Below, one piece after another: positions 21,651 to 33,748 of a stretch of 64,000 bases of DNA. The notes under the pieces were generated by a model. That model worked only from the letters and a program-made list of their open reading frames with translations, ran no database searches and had not been told where the DNA came from. How positions within the stretch are numbered: position 1 is the stretch's first letter; every line of letters starts with the position of its first letter. The translations under genes were made by a program, and so were the position numbers. The stretch is taken from the NCBI GenBank assembly GCA_965261545.1, contig CBDHDF010000002.1:224001-288000 (forward strand), written 5' to 3'. The stretch comes from Bdellovibrionales bacterium (GTDB lineage: Bacteria; Bdellovibrionota; Bdellovibrionia; Bdellovibrionales; UBA1609).

Positions 21651-22275
21651 GTGTGCCACGAAGTCACGGAGGTGACATGCTGATGTGAAGATGGAGGTAG
21701 GTCCTCCGCACTCGGATTTCAGGATTTGAGTGCAAACAACCTTGCTGCTGCATGGGAGGCAAGGCCCTTGTAGTGAGCGAGCAAGGAAAAGGCCGTAGTA
21801 AACGGTCATGTAAGTACTAGGGAGATGAGCGAAAGCAAACCCACCGACGACGCATCGAAAGATTAACAGTCGCGTCAAAACCGAAGGAAGGTTATCTCCG
21901 TCGGGATAAGTCTAGAGGAAGCCTGATGACCGATCTAGACGGCGTGCGGTGTATAGGGGGCATGAACCTAGTACAGGCTTCGTATCGGAACGTGGGAACC
22001 TGCTGGTGGATGATAAGGGAAACGTTATAAGGGAGACCCCCGAAGTGCTAAATACCGATGCCACCAACCAGGGGCAGAGTGATTCGTAGTAGTGATGAAG
22101 TTCTTGTAATGAGAATGGAGCGAAGGGGTCACATGATTTATGGAAGTAGTCAGGCCAACTTGGTTATGCTGAGGAGGAGCCTAATGAAACGGAAAATCAT
22201 AGAGCCGTGTGAGGGGAGACTTTCAAGCACGGTTCTGTGAGGGGCAGTGGGGGAAGTTCCCACTGCCTACTCGAT
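21651..22275 (+). ncRNA. ORF-less group II intron, copy 2, intact (625 nt)
   Basis: Near-identical to copy 1. GTGTG start, domains V and VI, ends CTACTCGAT. No RT ORF. Confidence 0.92.
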
Positions 22276-22806
22276 AGATCGGCGTATTGCATTATTTGTT
22301 GAGTTGAAGCCACTATGGGGCATCTCTGAGTAGGAACGACGTAATTCGAACCACCAAAAGAAGAATGGCTATGGCCCAAGCTCGTTTGGTTCCAAGCCTA
22401 AACTTGTACTCGTTCATTTGCAGCTTGAAGCTAATTTCGAGGATAATTTCATTATTTTTGTTTTGGTCTTTCATTGAAAGCCCCCTTTCACCCAAGCCGC
22501 AAGGCCAAGAAGGGGGATTGAGATGAAAACAAAACTAAATTTCCATATTGTCTGAGAATTCTGCTGTTGCTTAGATGATCGACTTTTGATGTGGCTCTAC
22601 TGACTTTGATTGCCTATTTCTCTCCTTTTGTAGTTTGAGGTCGTTCAATTCGCAGAGCACTCCTATTCCTACCCTCAGTTCTCAGGCCATACGCTTCGCT
22701 CCTGTCACTCGAACTTGCCGCTTCGCTTGACGGGCAGGGGACCGCTTTGCGCCTTTCACTCATTTCCTTCCCTCTAGGGCGCACTTAGGGTGAGCGCCCC
22801 TTCGGG

Positions 22807-25354
22807 CAATGGCATTCGTTTAGTGAGAGATCCCATTCGGTTAAGGATTTGAACCTCTAACTCCTCGGGGGTGGGCTAACCCCAAGTTTTTTTCTTTGAT
22901 CCATGTGATTATCCGTTGGCCATAGCCCCCCTAACCTCTTTACTGGGTCTCCATACTCCGATGGGTTTTCTAGAAACTCGGTCGTAATGCCTATTCGGAC
23001 GTAGCCTTTGTCGGCAGGTCTTCATATTTGTAATGATGCAATTGAGGGTTTTACTAAGCACTACCTTTTGTTGAAGAAAAAGACCTTCAATATTTCTTGC
23101 AATTGTCAGTAAATTGTTTTTAAAGTTTGTCTGCATGGTTTGTTTTTTACTATGGGATTGAGATGTATTAAGACGGTCTTCCGTGTAGTTGGAAAATAAT
23201 CTTGTCAGAGTGATAAGTGTGAAGTGTGCAAACAATTCTTGTTTGACTCCCCTTTCACTTTGAGAATGAAACTCTTCAATGGTCATCAGTTCTTTGGATA
23301 TTTTGTACAGTTCCTCTATACTCCAGCGTCCATGATAGAGATTGGCCAGATCATCAATGGAATATTTTTTTTGATCCATTAAGGTTGTTCCTAGAACAAA
23401 AGTAGTTTGTCCAATTTTATATTTGACCAAACGCAAAGCGTAGGCTTTGAAGTCGTCTTGTGGCTTTTTTTTATGTAGTTCTTTCAGAATTTGCTTGCTA
23501 GGAATGACTTGGATCACTGAGTCTTTTTGATCATTATTAATAAATTCATCAAAAACAGTGTTGGCATTTCTCCTTATCCTAAACACCGCATGCAGACTTC
23601 GCACCTTATGCTCATGAAGCATTTCGTAGGAATAATAGCCACGATCATAAACCACAACATCGTTTTCAAACAATTTTTTGAAATGAGTTTGTGCAGCCTT
23701 TCTCTCATTGTTATGGGCAAAGAGATCAAAATCCACAGGAATCTTCGACTGTAGTTGGTACAGGCAACTGACAAGACCTTGAGGGTACCATGCTTTTTCC
23801 CATGGTTGCTGATACCCATTATCTACGAGTTGACGTGGTAAATTTATTTTCGATCCATCCACTGCGAAAACCTTATGGCCCTTCCATAAGGTACTAGAAT
23901 TGGATATACCGTCTTGTTTAAGAATTTCATCATGCAAAACTTTAAATATATTTTCATCTACTTTAGCCCGTGCACTACACATAGTGGATGCCCGAACTGG
24001 TTTAGGTTGAGGGAGTTCAATGTCTAATATGCGACACTGCTCCCAAAGTTCAATCAAAGTTGTATCATAACCTTGTTTTCCTTTAGAGAAAACAAGTCGG
24101 AAGATGAAAAGTATAATCAACAATGTATTCAAGACACGTTGACGCTTTTGCCAGGTTCGGTCGTACTCATCTGCAATGATAACCACTGTCTTGATGATGT
24201 TTTGCCAAAGATGCACAAAAGAGTCCTCTAGCATAGGCTCAGCCAAGTTCTTATGTGGCTTGATGGTGGGTTTCCCGACGGGTTTAGCGCATTGGGGGCC
24301 ATTCAATAAGATAGACTGATAATTTTTTGTCAGAGGTTGAACATAAACACCTTTTTGAGTTTTTCCCTTTACATTTTTGTAGGCACGACTCCCATTTGTT
24401 TTGCCCAAATAAAGCCAGTTGGCAGCACGATAGCTCGTGGCATTAAATTTGGTAAGGTCGACAAAAGTCTCCATGAGTACAGGTTTGAAAGCATGTTTTA
24501 ACTCCCAGTCTGTGGGAAGTTGGCGAGTTGCCATAGATAAAGCCATCGAAGCAAGATGGCGAACCTTTACCCAGGGAAAGATCAAAAATCGACTATTGTT
24601 CACCACTAAATTCAAGTGCTTTTTGTAAGCTCGATTTTGCCAACCGATCCATTCATCACGGCAAGGCAAAGTGGATGTGCCAGCTTCAAATAAAAGACAA
24701 CCCAATCTTCGCCCACAATTATCTAGGATGAAATAGCGCAAATGGGGACCAAAGGGACGTCTGTAATTGAGATAATGATGCCGATCGACAACTTCATTCC
24801 ATTCCTTAATGGCCTCTTGATCAGTTACGATTTGCAAAGAAAGTGGGGTCAATGAGTCTAGTTTATCGTTGATGAGAGGCTTTTCATCTGTTCGGTGTGT
24901 CCAAGTGATTTTTTTGGAGGGGACACTCCGCTTTGACATGTCTTTTTCTGGCAGGGATAGAATGTCAAGTTCCTCTAGCGTCTCAAGCATACGAAGGCAC
25001 GATTGGATGCGATGATCACCTTTGGGAGTTAGCCAACCAAGATGCTCACAAACTGTATAACCCAGTTCACGGCGACTTAAAGAAGGAAATAGCGCCACCG
25101 TCTTTTGAATGTCGGCAATTTGCTTGCGCGTCAAGCGTCTTCCAAAAAAAGTTGTTGAAGGCAATGTCTCTATGCGTGGGTCCATTTGAGTCTCTCCCCT
25201 TTGGGAATGGTTCAAATATAATGTGACACAACGATGGGGTGGACTCAAGTATTTTTTTTCGGAAAAAGAAAAAAGATAAAAGCCCCCTTAACTCAGTATG
25301 TTAGAGGGAGTCAGAAAAATGTGGAAAAACCTTCTGCAAAAACGAATGCCATTG
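22807..25354 (-). mobile_element. DUF4338-IS4 element copy 2 (CDS 22909-25248)
   Basis: Same 2548 bp, TIRs and protein as 6324-8871. No flanking DR. Confidence 0.95.
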
Positions 25355-25497
25355 CATGAAGAGGGGCTTGAAAGAGGGCGAAGAGAAGAAGAGAGGCCAG
25401 TGCTTTAAAGATGATTTTAAAAGGACAGGAGGCTTTGGAGATATCCGAAGCAACAGGGCTTTCTGAAGACGAAATCAAGGCTCTCCAAAAAAAGTAA
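25355..25497 (+). pseudogene. 3' fragment of a PDDEXK_2/Rpn gene
   Basis: HEEGLERG...ALKMILKGQEALE matches the C-terminus of 34534-35511. Confidence 0.85.
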
Positions 25498-25885
25498 GAA
25501 ATTTTTTACAACAAATAAAAGATCTTATTGACACCACATCATTTCCATAGCAGGTTACTGCTATAATATAATAAGGCAAAGCCCAATGACCATCGAATGT
25601 CGTAACGGCTCATCTCCATGTGGCTTATAGAGAAAAACATAGAGAAAAACAAGGTCCTTCTCCTGATTGATCCCTTTTTACGGAGGTGAATGAATAAAAA
25701 ATTCAGTAAACTTAATGATTTTAATAATAGTGTTCTTTAATGTTCCTCTTAGGGATTGTAAAAAAATAAATTGAACTAAAATTGTACTGTTTTATTTTAA
25801 TATCTAATTGAATAAGCCCAAGTTATTTTTTTATAAGTCTTTATGTATTCTACTTTTAAATTTTTCCCTATAGAGGAGGTTTCCC

Positions 25886-27241
25886 ATGAAAGTTATGTTA
25901 ATGAATCTACAGACCCTTTGGATCCGTTGTTTCCTAGCTATATTAACAGCTAGTTTCTTTACCCATGTTACTTTCGCAGATACTGAAGAGTCAGATGAGA
26001 GTGCTACGGGCAATTCCAATGAGGCCAAAGTGCTTGACAATGAAGATGTAGAAGCAGAGGTAGCTGCCGCCAAACCCCTATTTCTCTTTGGTGATAAGTC
26101 GGGTATTTCTATTAACAGACTAGAAGTTCAAATCAATGTAAACAAGTATGCGTATAGGGATTCCACAGATGATCCATGGGCTGGTGCTGACAATAGTGAT
26201 TTCGATAGAGTTACATTTGGTGAGTCCAACTTTTTGATGGAAACGGGGTGGCGGGACAAGATTATCAATGTCACTAAGCTCAATTTATCCCATTTATTTG
26301 ATTATGAGGATGGCAACCAAGTTGATTTTACAGATGATTTTGATATAAATAGATTTGTCGAAAATTCTTTCTTTGAGTTCCGAGAAATCGGAGGTGAACC
26401 CGTCGTCGTTATTGTTGGAAAAAGAGACATCCGTGTAGGTTTGCTTGATTTCGAAGAATCCTATCAGACAAATCAATCTTGGTGGAGAAAGCTAACTCAT
26501 AGCCGATTTGGTGTGCTTGGAGTGACTGTGCGTTTGGATGTGTCTGAAAGTTCTTGGGCTGACCATTTACTTTTTGTTGATAGCGTAGAGGTTATGCTTT
26601 TTGAAGATCATGGGGGTGATTTTAAATGGGATAGTCAATTGACAACTATGGCCACTCGCTTTGAAAAACAGATAGGAGATACTACTTTTGTCTTTAGTTA
26701 CACTCACCGAGAGCATGAAAACTCCAGGTATTATGGGACGGAGATATATGAAGATGAGAATACATTTTCCCTTGGTGGCAAACGGGATATCAATGATTCT
26801 TTAACTCTATGGGCTGAGGGAGCCCTTTTTGAAAATCACATTTTTAATCAAAAGTACGACTCCATGAAGGCGGGTCTTTCTATAGGTGGCTCTCTCGATT
26901 TAAGTGAAGCTATAACATTAACGACAACAGGAGCTATCATTGGTAACTTTGGACATGAATTCGCCGCAACCCTTCATAGCGATATACCCTTTGGCCCCCA
27001 ATTCCTTCAAGATCACGGGCAAATGCGTTTTCTATACAGATGGAGAGGGTATGATGATCGGAGTAGCACCTATATCGATAGCAGCACAGGTGAAAGAATG
27101 ACTGTTCCATGGGAAGATGACCATCTTTTCGGAGTTGAACTGCAAATCAACTTTGATCTTTTGAATCATCCATCAAATAAACGCAATACATCCCTGTCGT
27201 TTGCGCCTCAAAATAGTAGTAAGACGAGGGCAGGGATGTAA
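25886..27241 (+). CDS. Secreted, probable outer-membrane beta-barrel protein
   Basis: Strong SD AGGAGG, signal peptide ending TFA, alternating beta-strand patterns, and FGVELQINF near the C-terminus. Confidence 0.6.
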   Translation: MKVMLMNLQTLWIRCFLAILTASFFTHVTFADTEESDESATGNSNEAKVLDNEDVEAEVAAAKPLFLFGDKSGISINRLEVQINVNKYAYRDSTDDPWAGADNSDFDRVTFGESNFLMETGWRDKIINVTKLNLSHLFDYEDGNQVDFTDDFDINRFVENSFFEFREIGGEPVVVIVGKRDIRVGLLDFEESYQTNQSWWRKLTHSRFGVLGVTVRLDVSESSWADHLLFVDSVEVMLFEDHGGDFKWDSQLTTMATRFEKQIGDTTFVFSYTHREHENSRYYGTEIYEDENTFSLGGKRDINDSLTLWAEGALFENHIFNQKYDSMKAGLSIGGSLDLSEAITLTTTGAIIGNFGHEFAATLHSDIPFGPQFLQDHGQMRFLYRWRGYDDRSSTYIDSSTGERMTVPWEDDHLFGVELQINFDLLNHPSNKRNTSLSFAPQNSSKTRAGM

Positions 27242-27270
27242 TCGGCAAAGCTGATTTCTCTTCTCCTCCT
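27172..27270. repeat. ~100-bp palindromic dispersed repeat (second copy ~52155-52250)
   Basis: TACATCCCTG...CAGGGATGTA arms. The two copies are near-identical. Confidence 0.8.
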
Positions 27271-27295
27271 TGGCGTCGTTCGTATTGGAACTGGC

Positions 27296-27336
27296 TCTGT
27301 GAGGGGCATGAGGGAAGTTCCCACTGCCTACTCGAC
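27296..27336 (+). ncRNA. Group II intron domain VI remnant related to the ORF-less intron
   Basis: TCTGTGAGGGGCATGAGGGAAGTTCCCACTGCCTACTCGAC versus 22234-22275. Confidence 0.8.
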
Positions 27337-27341
27337 TCAAA

Positions 27342-28160
27342 ATGCTGTATCGTTACACGGGGCAGCCCGTGAGCTTCGAACTCAATAACTATCACTTCCA
27401 CCACAGAGAATACGACCCAAATATCCTTCGATTCACAAGCATTGATCCCGCTAGGTACAACGAATCTCCCTATATTTACAGCAACAGTAATCCCACCAAT
27501 TTTATGGATACCACGGGGGGACAACCGACATATATCACCCTTTGGCTTAGTCAAAGCGATCCAATCATTCAACCGTCCGACGCAAAATCTGTATTGAAGT
27601 ATAATTCTTTATCATCACGCCAAGAAGGTGCTCCTGACAGAATCTTGCATGAAGATCTTGCATTAACTGATATGGGTGAGGGTGTAAAAGGGAATATCTT
27701 TTCTGAGGATATTCGTCTGGGAACAATTATTGTCAGTACTCATGGAAATCCCGATTCGGTAATGGTAGCAGACAGATCAGTGAGGCCAAAGGAGCTACTT
27801 CTTTATTTAGTTCGTCGTGTAAGGGAAATAGATCCATTAGGGGTGGAGCAGGTAGATAGTATTACTCTTGCTGCATGTCGGGTAGGTTGTTGGAGGCCGG
27901 AACAGCCTTCTTTTGTAGATCGCCTTGGTTGGATGAACTTCAGAGAAGAACCGGCCGATTTTCCAAGTTTGAAGCGTGTTGCGGGCTCCCCTTACGGAGT
28001 AGGGACGGAGCGAGACTTCTCAAGCGATAATCTCATGGCGTTACATTTCTTAACGCCTCGAAAGCTTTCAGATACTGGTTATTATTATGAAGACATAATA
28101 GGGGCCAAACTAGATACAGGTCGATTCTTACGGGGGTATGGATCTAACGTAGTAACCTGA
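27342..28160 (+). pseudogene. Mini-RHS/His-Cys peptidase-like paralog, truncated at both ends
   Basis: YRYTGQ...RFTSIDP...NPTNFMDTTG, STHG and LAACRVG. Bounded by the intron remnant and an IS1634 TIR. Confidence 0.85.
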
Positions 28161-28815
28161 AATCCGCAAAATTATGACTAGGTGTTAGACTTAAGCCTAG
28201 ATTTTCTCTTCAAATCGAACATAATGAGGTTTTATCTCTCCTAAACATTGACGATGCGACGCATCCATAGTCATAATTATGACTATGTCTTTCATATATG
28301 AGCAAAAAATCAAGGGTAAGGTCTACCTCTATAAGTCCACGAGCTACTGGGATAAAAAGAAAAAGCAGCCTCGTCAAAAAAGGGTGTATCTTGGTAAAAA
28401 GGATGAGGCCACGGGGGAACTCATTCCTACAACTCGGTGTTCCATTCCCACAGGCTCTTGGGATGTTGGCTCTCTTCACTTGTTAAAAAAGATTAGCAAA
28501 AAGCTAAATTTAGTACAAGCACTTAAAAAGATTTTTCCCGAAGATTATGAAGAAATTCTTTATTTATCTTTTTTCAAAGTTATTAAGAAAGAGCCTTATT
28601 ATTTGTATCCCCTCTGGTGCGAAGACTCTTATGTTTCTGGTGAAAACTATTTAGATTCACGGTCAATAAGTAAATTCTTATTCACGGTTGGTCGTAATGA
28701 AGAAGCAATTGAGAATTTTTTTCTTGAATGGATTAAAAGGAATAAATCTGCTTCTCAAGCTGTGATGTTTGATATTACATCTATTTCTTCTTATGGTTCT
28801 GGCAATGATTTTTTA

Positions 28816-30638
28816 GGGACTGTAAAAATAATTGTGTAACTGCAATTTTTTTCTTAAATCTTAAAGCCACTTATGTGGCTCCACTCCTGGTAAAAAGCAC
28901 AGCCCCATATTATTCGTCAATGTATAATTGACATTTTTTCCTTCAAGCGATTTTGTCAGTCACAATGCATTATAATTTAATGGGGAGATGGAGCCGTAAT
29001 GGGATCATATCAGAACTGGAAAGAACTCAAATAAATAATTATCATCTTGGTTGGAAAAAAATCAGCAATAGCTCTCTCAAAAAAATGGAAATTCCAATCT
29101 CATCAAAGGGTTCATGTGTTTAGGTTCCCATACTATATTACCCCCTTTTTTTTATTTTTTTTAACTTGTGATATTCGAGAAATACCAGCATTGGGATGAA
29201 ATATGAAAAAAAATGATTAAGAAACCCAAGTCTGCACCAAGAGGGCATGTATTTAGGTTCCCATACTATATTACCCTAACCATAGTCTCGTATTCCAGCA
29301 TTTCTCAACGCCTTAGAGGGCTTTTAAGCCCCCTTATAAGGGGACCTTATTTATTAAAAAACTTAGTTGTCAAAACGGTCACCGTATTCAATGGCAAACC
29401 TGTTCATGGCTGGCTTCCAGTTGTGTAATGGTCGTGTCCATCGCTTAGAGGCCATTTTTATCGCTAAATATACAACTTTTAAAGCCGACCGATCACTGGG
29501 AAATATCTTACGATTTCTGATCGCCTTGCGGATCACGCTATTTAACGACTCTATGGCGTTTGTGGTATAAAAAATCTTTCTGATTTCATCCGGATAATCG
29601 AAAATAGTGATGAGATTGTCCCAATTCCTACGCCAAGACTTTTCAATATTAGGATACTTTGAAGACCACTTGGTACAAAATTCCTCAAGGGCCTTTTCAG
29701 CTTCTGTCAGAGTCGTAGAGCCATAAATGGACTTGAGGTCTTGGGCGACAGCTTTCATATCCTTGGAAGGAACATAGCGAAGGGAATTGCGGACCATATG
29801 GACAATGCACAGTTGCACTTTAGACTTGGGAAAAGCCGCTGAAATGGCTTGAGGAAAACCTGTAAGACCATCTACAGAAAATATAAATACATCTTTCAAC
29901 CCTCGATTTTGCAGCTCAGTCAAAACACTCAACCAAAACTTTGAACCCTCATTTTCAGAAATCCATAGGCCCAACAAGTCTTTCTGACCCTCCTCTGTAA
30001 TACCAAGAGCTAGGTAAATCGCCTTATTAATAACTCTCTTGTCTTGATGGACCTTCACCACGATACAGTCCAAAAATACGATAGGGTAAGTGCTATCCAA
30101 GGGGCGGTTCTGCCAAGCCGTAACTTCATCAATAACAGCATCCGTCACGTTGGCTATCACTGAGTGGGATATCTCTGCACCATGGTAGAGGTCTTTGATA
30201 GCTCCTTGAATATCCCTGGTCGTCATTCCCCTCGCATAGAGGGTCAGGATACTGTCTTCAAAGCCCTCAAGACGAGTCTTACCCTTGGGAATGACTTGAG
30301 GTTCAAAGGAGGCACTTCGGTCACGGGGGACCTGAAGCTCCACCTCGCCTTTCTCTCCCTTTATGGTCTTTCTACTGTAACCATTGCGAGTGTTGGATTT
30401 GCGGGTCTCAGACTTCTCATGCCTCTCATAACCTAGGTGATCGTCCATTTCCGCATTAAGGGCCGTCTCTAAAACAACCTTCATCAGTTGACCCGTTATG
30501 TCGGATAAATCCTTTTGGGTCTTGACGTTCTTCGCTAGTTCCTTGCCTATTGTCTTGATATCCATTCTGCCTTCTCCTTTCAGGATGATAGTTCATCCTA
30601 ATATGATTCGGCAGTTACACAAAATAGTTTACAGGCTC
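28816..30638 (-). mobile_element. Intact IS256-family element (transposase 29363-30565)
   Basis: RNGY, VFLDC, SVDGL, CIVH and YTTNAIES motifs. 8-bp DR ATTTTTTA. Confidence 0.95.
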
Positions 30639-31099
30639 ATTTTTTAGAAAGAGGTTACAATAGAGATGGCGATAACTTGGACCAAACCAACTTAGGAATT
30701 TTAAGTCAAGACATAAAAATAGATTCAAAGTCTAAGAGTGCGAGTCTTCCAATTAGTTACAGAGTATATCCTGGTAGCATCAATGATGTGACTACTTTGA
30801 ATAATATTCTTACTTTAGCTAAGGAGTACAAAATCAATCTAAAATGTTTGGTTTTAGACAAAGGATTTTATAGCCAAAGCAATATCAAGGACTTGGATGA
30901 TAACCTGAATTCTACAAAAATGGTAACAAGGTTCAGGTCTAAAGTCTAGAAGCTGACTTCAGAACAAATATAACGTGGTTTCAGACCTCTTTTGAATTGA
31001 AAGAATTCAAAATCCTTGTTACCATTGGTAACAATGTCTTATTTACATGAGCAAAAGAGAAACGGTAAAATTGTAACTGCTCACGGCTTGGCGATCTAC

Positions 31100-31268
31100 T
31101 GCTGAATTTCACGAAATAGTCCCTATGGAGTGTCTCCCGATGGCGTCTTCAAATATCTGCTTTTGCATGGATTCTCCTTAAGTCGTCTTTCTTTGCCTAA
31201 ATGAACTTCCAGATATGGCTACTTTGATGGATTGAGAGGTTATGCGATCCATAATAGCTTCACAGATG
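31100..31268 (-). mobile_element. Inverted, internally deleted right end of a related IS21 (istB 3' fragment)
   Basis: TGCTGAATTTCACGAA end plus ICEAIMDRITSQSIKVAISGSSFRQRK. Confidence 0.8.
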
Positions 31269-31414
31269 TGCAAAATTTCACCTAGTTTGACCCACCCAAT
31301 TTCACCTGGTTTGACCCACCCAATTTCACGAAGTTTGACCCACTGAATTTCACCAAACATTGACCCACTTAGATCTTCATAGATATTCTTTCTGCGCTAC
31401 GCATTAACGAGGAG

Positions 31415-32938
31415 GTGTCTATGGGCAAACAAGGTAAGAAAAAAGGAGCAAGAATGATCAACAATATTAAGAAATACATAGAGCTTGGACTCAGTTCGAG
31501 ACAAATAGCTCGAGCTATGGGTGTTAGTCGGAACACTGTGAAGAAGTATGTGAAGGATAGTCCCGGAGGCCCTAACAGCCGCTCAAAGGGGTCGCATGGG
31601 CCCTACCAAGCCCCATGGTCATCCAAGGTGAATTGGACAGATGTTCGCCTCAAGCAAAGCCTAGGGACTCAATTGGCTCATTACTGGGAGCGACATATTC
31701 AGTCCGAGATTGACGGTGTGAGTTATCTTTCTTTTTGGAGAGAGTTTCGTCGGAGGCACCCAAGTATAAAGCTTGATATGCACCAGACATTCACCCCTGG
31801 TGAACGGAGTGAGTTTGACTATAAGGGAAAAGACTCTTGTTTTGGCTATACAGATGCCAAGACTGGGGAGTTCATCCCATGTCGATTATTTGGAATGATA
31901 CTTCCATCGAGTCAGTTTTTCTTTCCATGCGCCACATTAACAGAGCAGCGGGAAGATGTTTTTTCCTCCATAGCTTCTGGTTTTGAGTTTTTTGGTGGTG
32001 TGACCGGAACCATTGCTTTTGATAACGCAAAGGTTCAAGTGACAAGAGCTGATACTTATGACCCCGATATTAACTCTGAGTTTCACCTCTTGTGTGATCA
32101 CTACAATGTGGCTCCTTTGGCGATGAGGCCATCTCGCCCCAAAGACAAGAGTCTTATCGAAAATACCCTTGGAGTCTTTTGGCGCTGGTCTTGGCCCCAG
32201 ATAAGAGAGCGGCAAATGTATTCTCTAGCAGACATCAACGCTGAGTTGAAGCATTTGGCAGCTATTTTCAATGATCGTATTCAAAAAAAGTATGGGTTGA
32301 GTCGTCGACAGAAGTTTGAATCTTTTGAGAAGTCAAAATTGAATCCTCTTCCTGAAAGACGCTATGAGAGTGGATTCTGGAAGCATTCCAAGGTTCATCC
32401 GGATTGTCACATTCAATATAACTACAATTTTTACTCTGTTCCTTATAAGCATCGCGGCAAGAAGTTAGATATTCGTATTAGCCAACAATGCTTGGAGGTT
32501 TATTCAGAATTAGAGCGGGTGGCGATACATCACATCCCCCAGGGCAGTCGAGGGCGCTACTTTACGACAAAATCTCATCTCCCTAAGTCCCACCGGGCCA
32601 TTTTAGAGCAAACGCCACAAAATGTACTTAAAGAGGCATCAAGCCTTGGAGAAAGCATTCACAAAGTTGCCGAGCGGCTTATCAAAGAGCCTCGCCATCC
32701 GCTTATGTATCTTCGTCGTGTTCAGGGGATACTCAATCTAAGAAAACGGTATTCAACAGCTTCTTTGGAGCAGGCTTGCTCATTTTTTGTAGATGCAGCT
32801 TTAAGTGACATTAGGGTTCGTGGAGTTGAGAAAGTTATTTCAGCAAAAAGTCATCGAAAAGAGGAGCCAAGAGTCTGCCGTCAACCTAATGAAAATTTAA
32901 GAGGTTCAGAGCACTGGGAGAATGCTTGCCGCCACTAA
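31415..32938 (+). CDS. istA: IS21 transposase IstA
   Basis: N-terminal HTH, PGERSEFDY, FDNAK, PKDKSLIE and YSVP motifs. Confidence 0.92.
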   Translation: MSMGKQGKKKGARMINNIKKYIELGLSSRQIARAMGVSRNTVKKYVKDSPGGPNSRSKGSHGPYQAPWSSKVNWTDVRLKQSLGTQLAHYWERHIQSEIDGVSYLSFWREFRRRHPSIKLDMHQTFTPGERSEFDYKGKDSCFGYTDAKTGEFIPCRLFGMILPSSQFFFPCATLTEQREDVFSSIASGFEFFGGVTGTIAFDNAKVQVTRADTYDPDINSEFHLLCDHYNVAPLAMRPSRPKDKSLIENTLGVFWRWSWPQIRERQMYSLADINAELKHLAAIFNDRIQKKYGLSRRQKFESFEKSKLNPLPERRYESGFWKHSKVHPDCHIQYNYNFYSVPYKHRGKKLDIRISQQCLEVYSELERVAIHHIPQGSRGRYFTTKSHLPKSHRAILEQTPQNVLKEASSLGESIHKVAERLIKEPRHPLMYLRRVQGILNLRKRYSTASLEQACSFFVDAALSDIRVRGVEKVISAKSHRKEEPRVCRQPNENLRGSEHWENACRH

Positions 32939-33019
32939 TCACATAGCCCCGGTGGGTGGTTCTCAACCACCTAACGGGTCATTTTGACCTCCATAAGAGA
33001 GGTCGTATAGGAGAAGAAA

Positions 33020-33748
33020 ATGATTAAACAAACAGAAAATTTATTAGAGATATTAAAAATGAGGGGAGTTTTAGCAACCTTGAGCCAGAGGCTCAAAGAA
33101 GCTGAGGAGCAGGATCTTGGTTACGAGGACTTTCTAAATGTCATCTTTGAGGACGAAAAAATCCATCGTGAAAATCAGAAGGTCTCAAGACTTATCAAAA
33201 GAGCAGCTTTGCAGCAAAAAGCAAGCCTTGAGGCCTTTGAAACCAAATCCAACCGAGGAGTCGATCGAAGAGTTTTGAGTGATCTAGCCCTTATGAGATT
33301 TGCTCAAAGAGGTCAAAATATAATTATCTCTGGCCCAACGGGTGTTGGAAAGTCATATTTGGCTTGTGCCATAGGTAATCACGCCTGTCGCCAAGGTTTT
33401 TCCACTCAGTTCTTCAGAATGAATACTCTTGTTGAAAAATTCAACTTAGAAAGAGCCCAGGGGACATATCTAAACTTCCTTAAAAGGCTAAAATCAGTCT
33501 CGATACTTGTGTTGGATGATTTTGGTATCAAGCCCCTTACCTCTAACCAATATCAAGACCTTTACGATGTGATTGATGAACGAGGCCCTGACCTGAGCCT
33601 CATTCTTACAACCCAACTTCCAATAAAAAATTGGAGTGAAGTCATTGAGGATCCCATCGTTTGTGAAGCTATTATGGATCGCATAACCTCTCAAGCTATC
33701 AAAATAGCCATGTCTGGAAGCTCATTTAGGCAGAGAAAGACGATTTAA
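33020..33748 (+). CDS. istB: IS21 ATPase IstB
   Basis: Walker A GPTGVGKS, Walker B LVLDDFG, and AIMDR. Confidence 0.95.
   Translation: MIKQTENLLEILKMRGVLATLSQRLKEAEEQDLGYEDFLNVIFEDEKIHRENQKVSRLIKRAALQQKASLEAFETKSNRGVDRRVLSDLALMRFAQRGQNIIISGPTGVGKSYLACAIGNHACRQGFSTQFFRMNTLVEKFNLERAQGTYLNFLKRLKSVSILVLDDFGIKPLTSNQYQDLYDVIDERGPDLSLILTTQLPIKNWSEVIEDPIVCEAIMDRITSQAIKIAMSGSSFRQRKTI

Noticed and set aside
20771..22500. Integron cassette array with an attC-targeting intron
   Set aside because: No convincing RYYYAAC...GTTRRRY attC sites and no integron integrase.
31269..31370. CRISPR-like array
   Set aside because: These are ~23-bp tandem terminal repeats of IS21, with no unique spacers and no cas genes.
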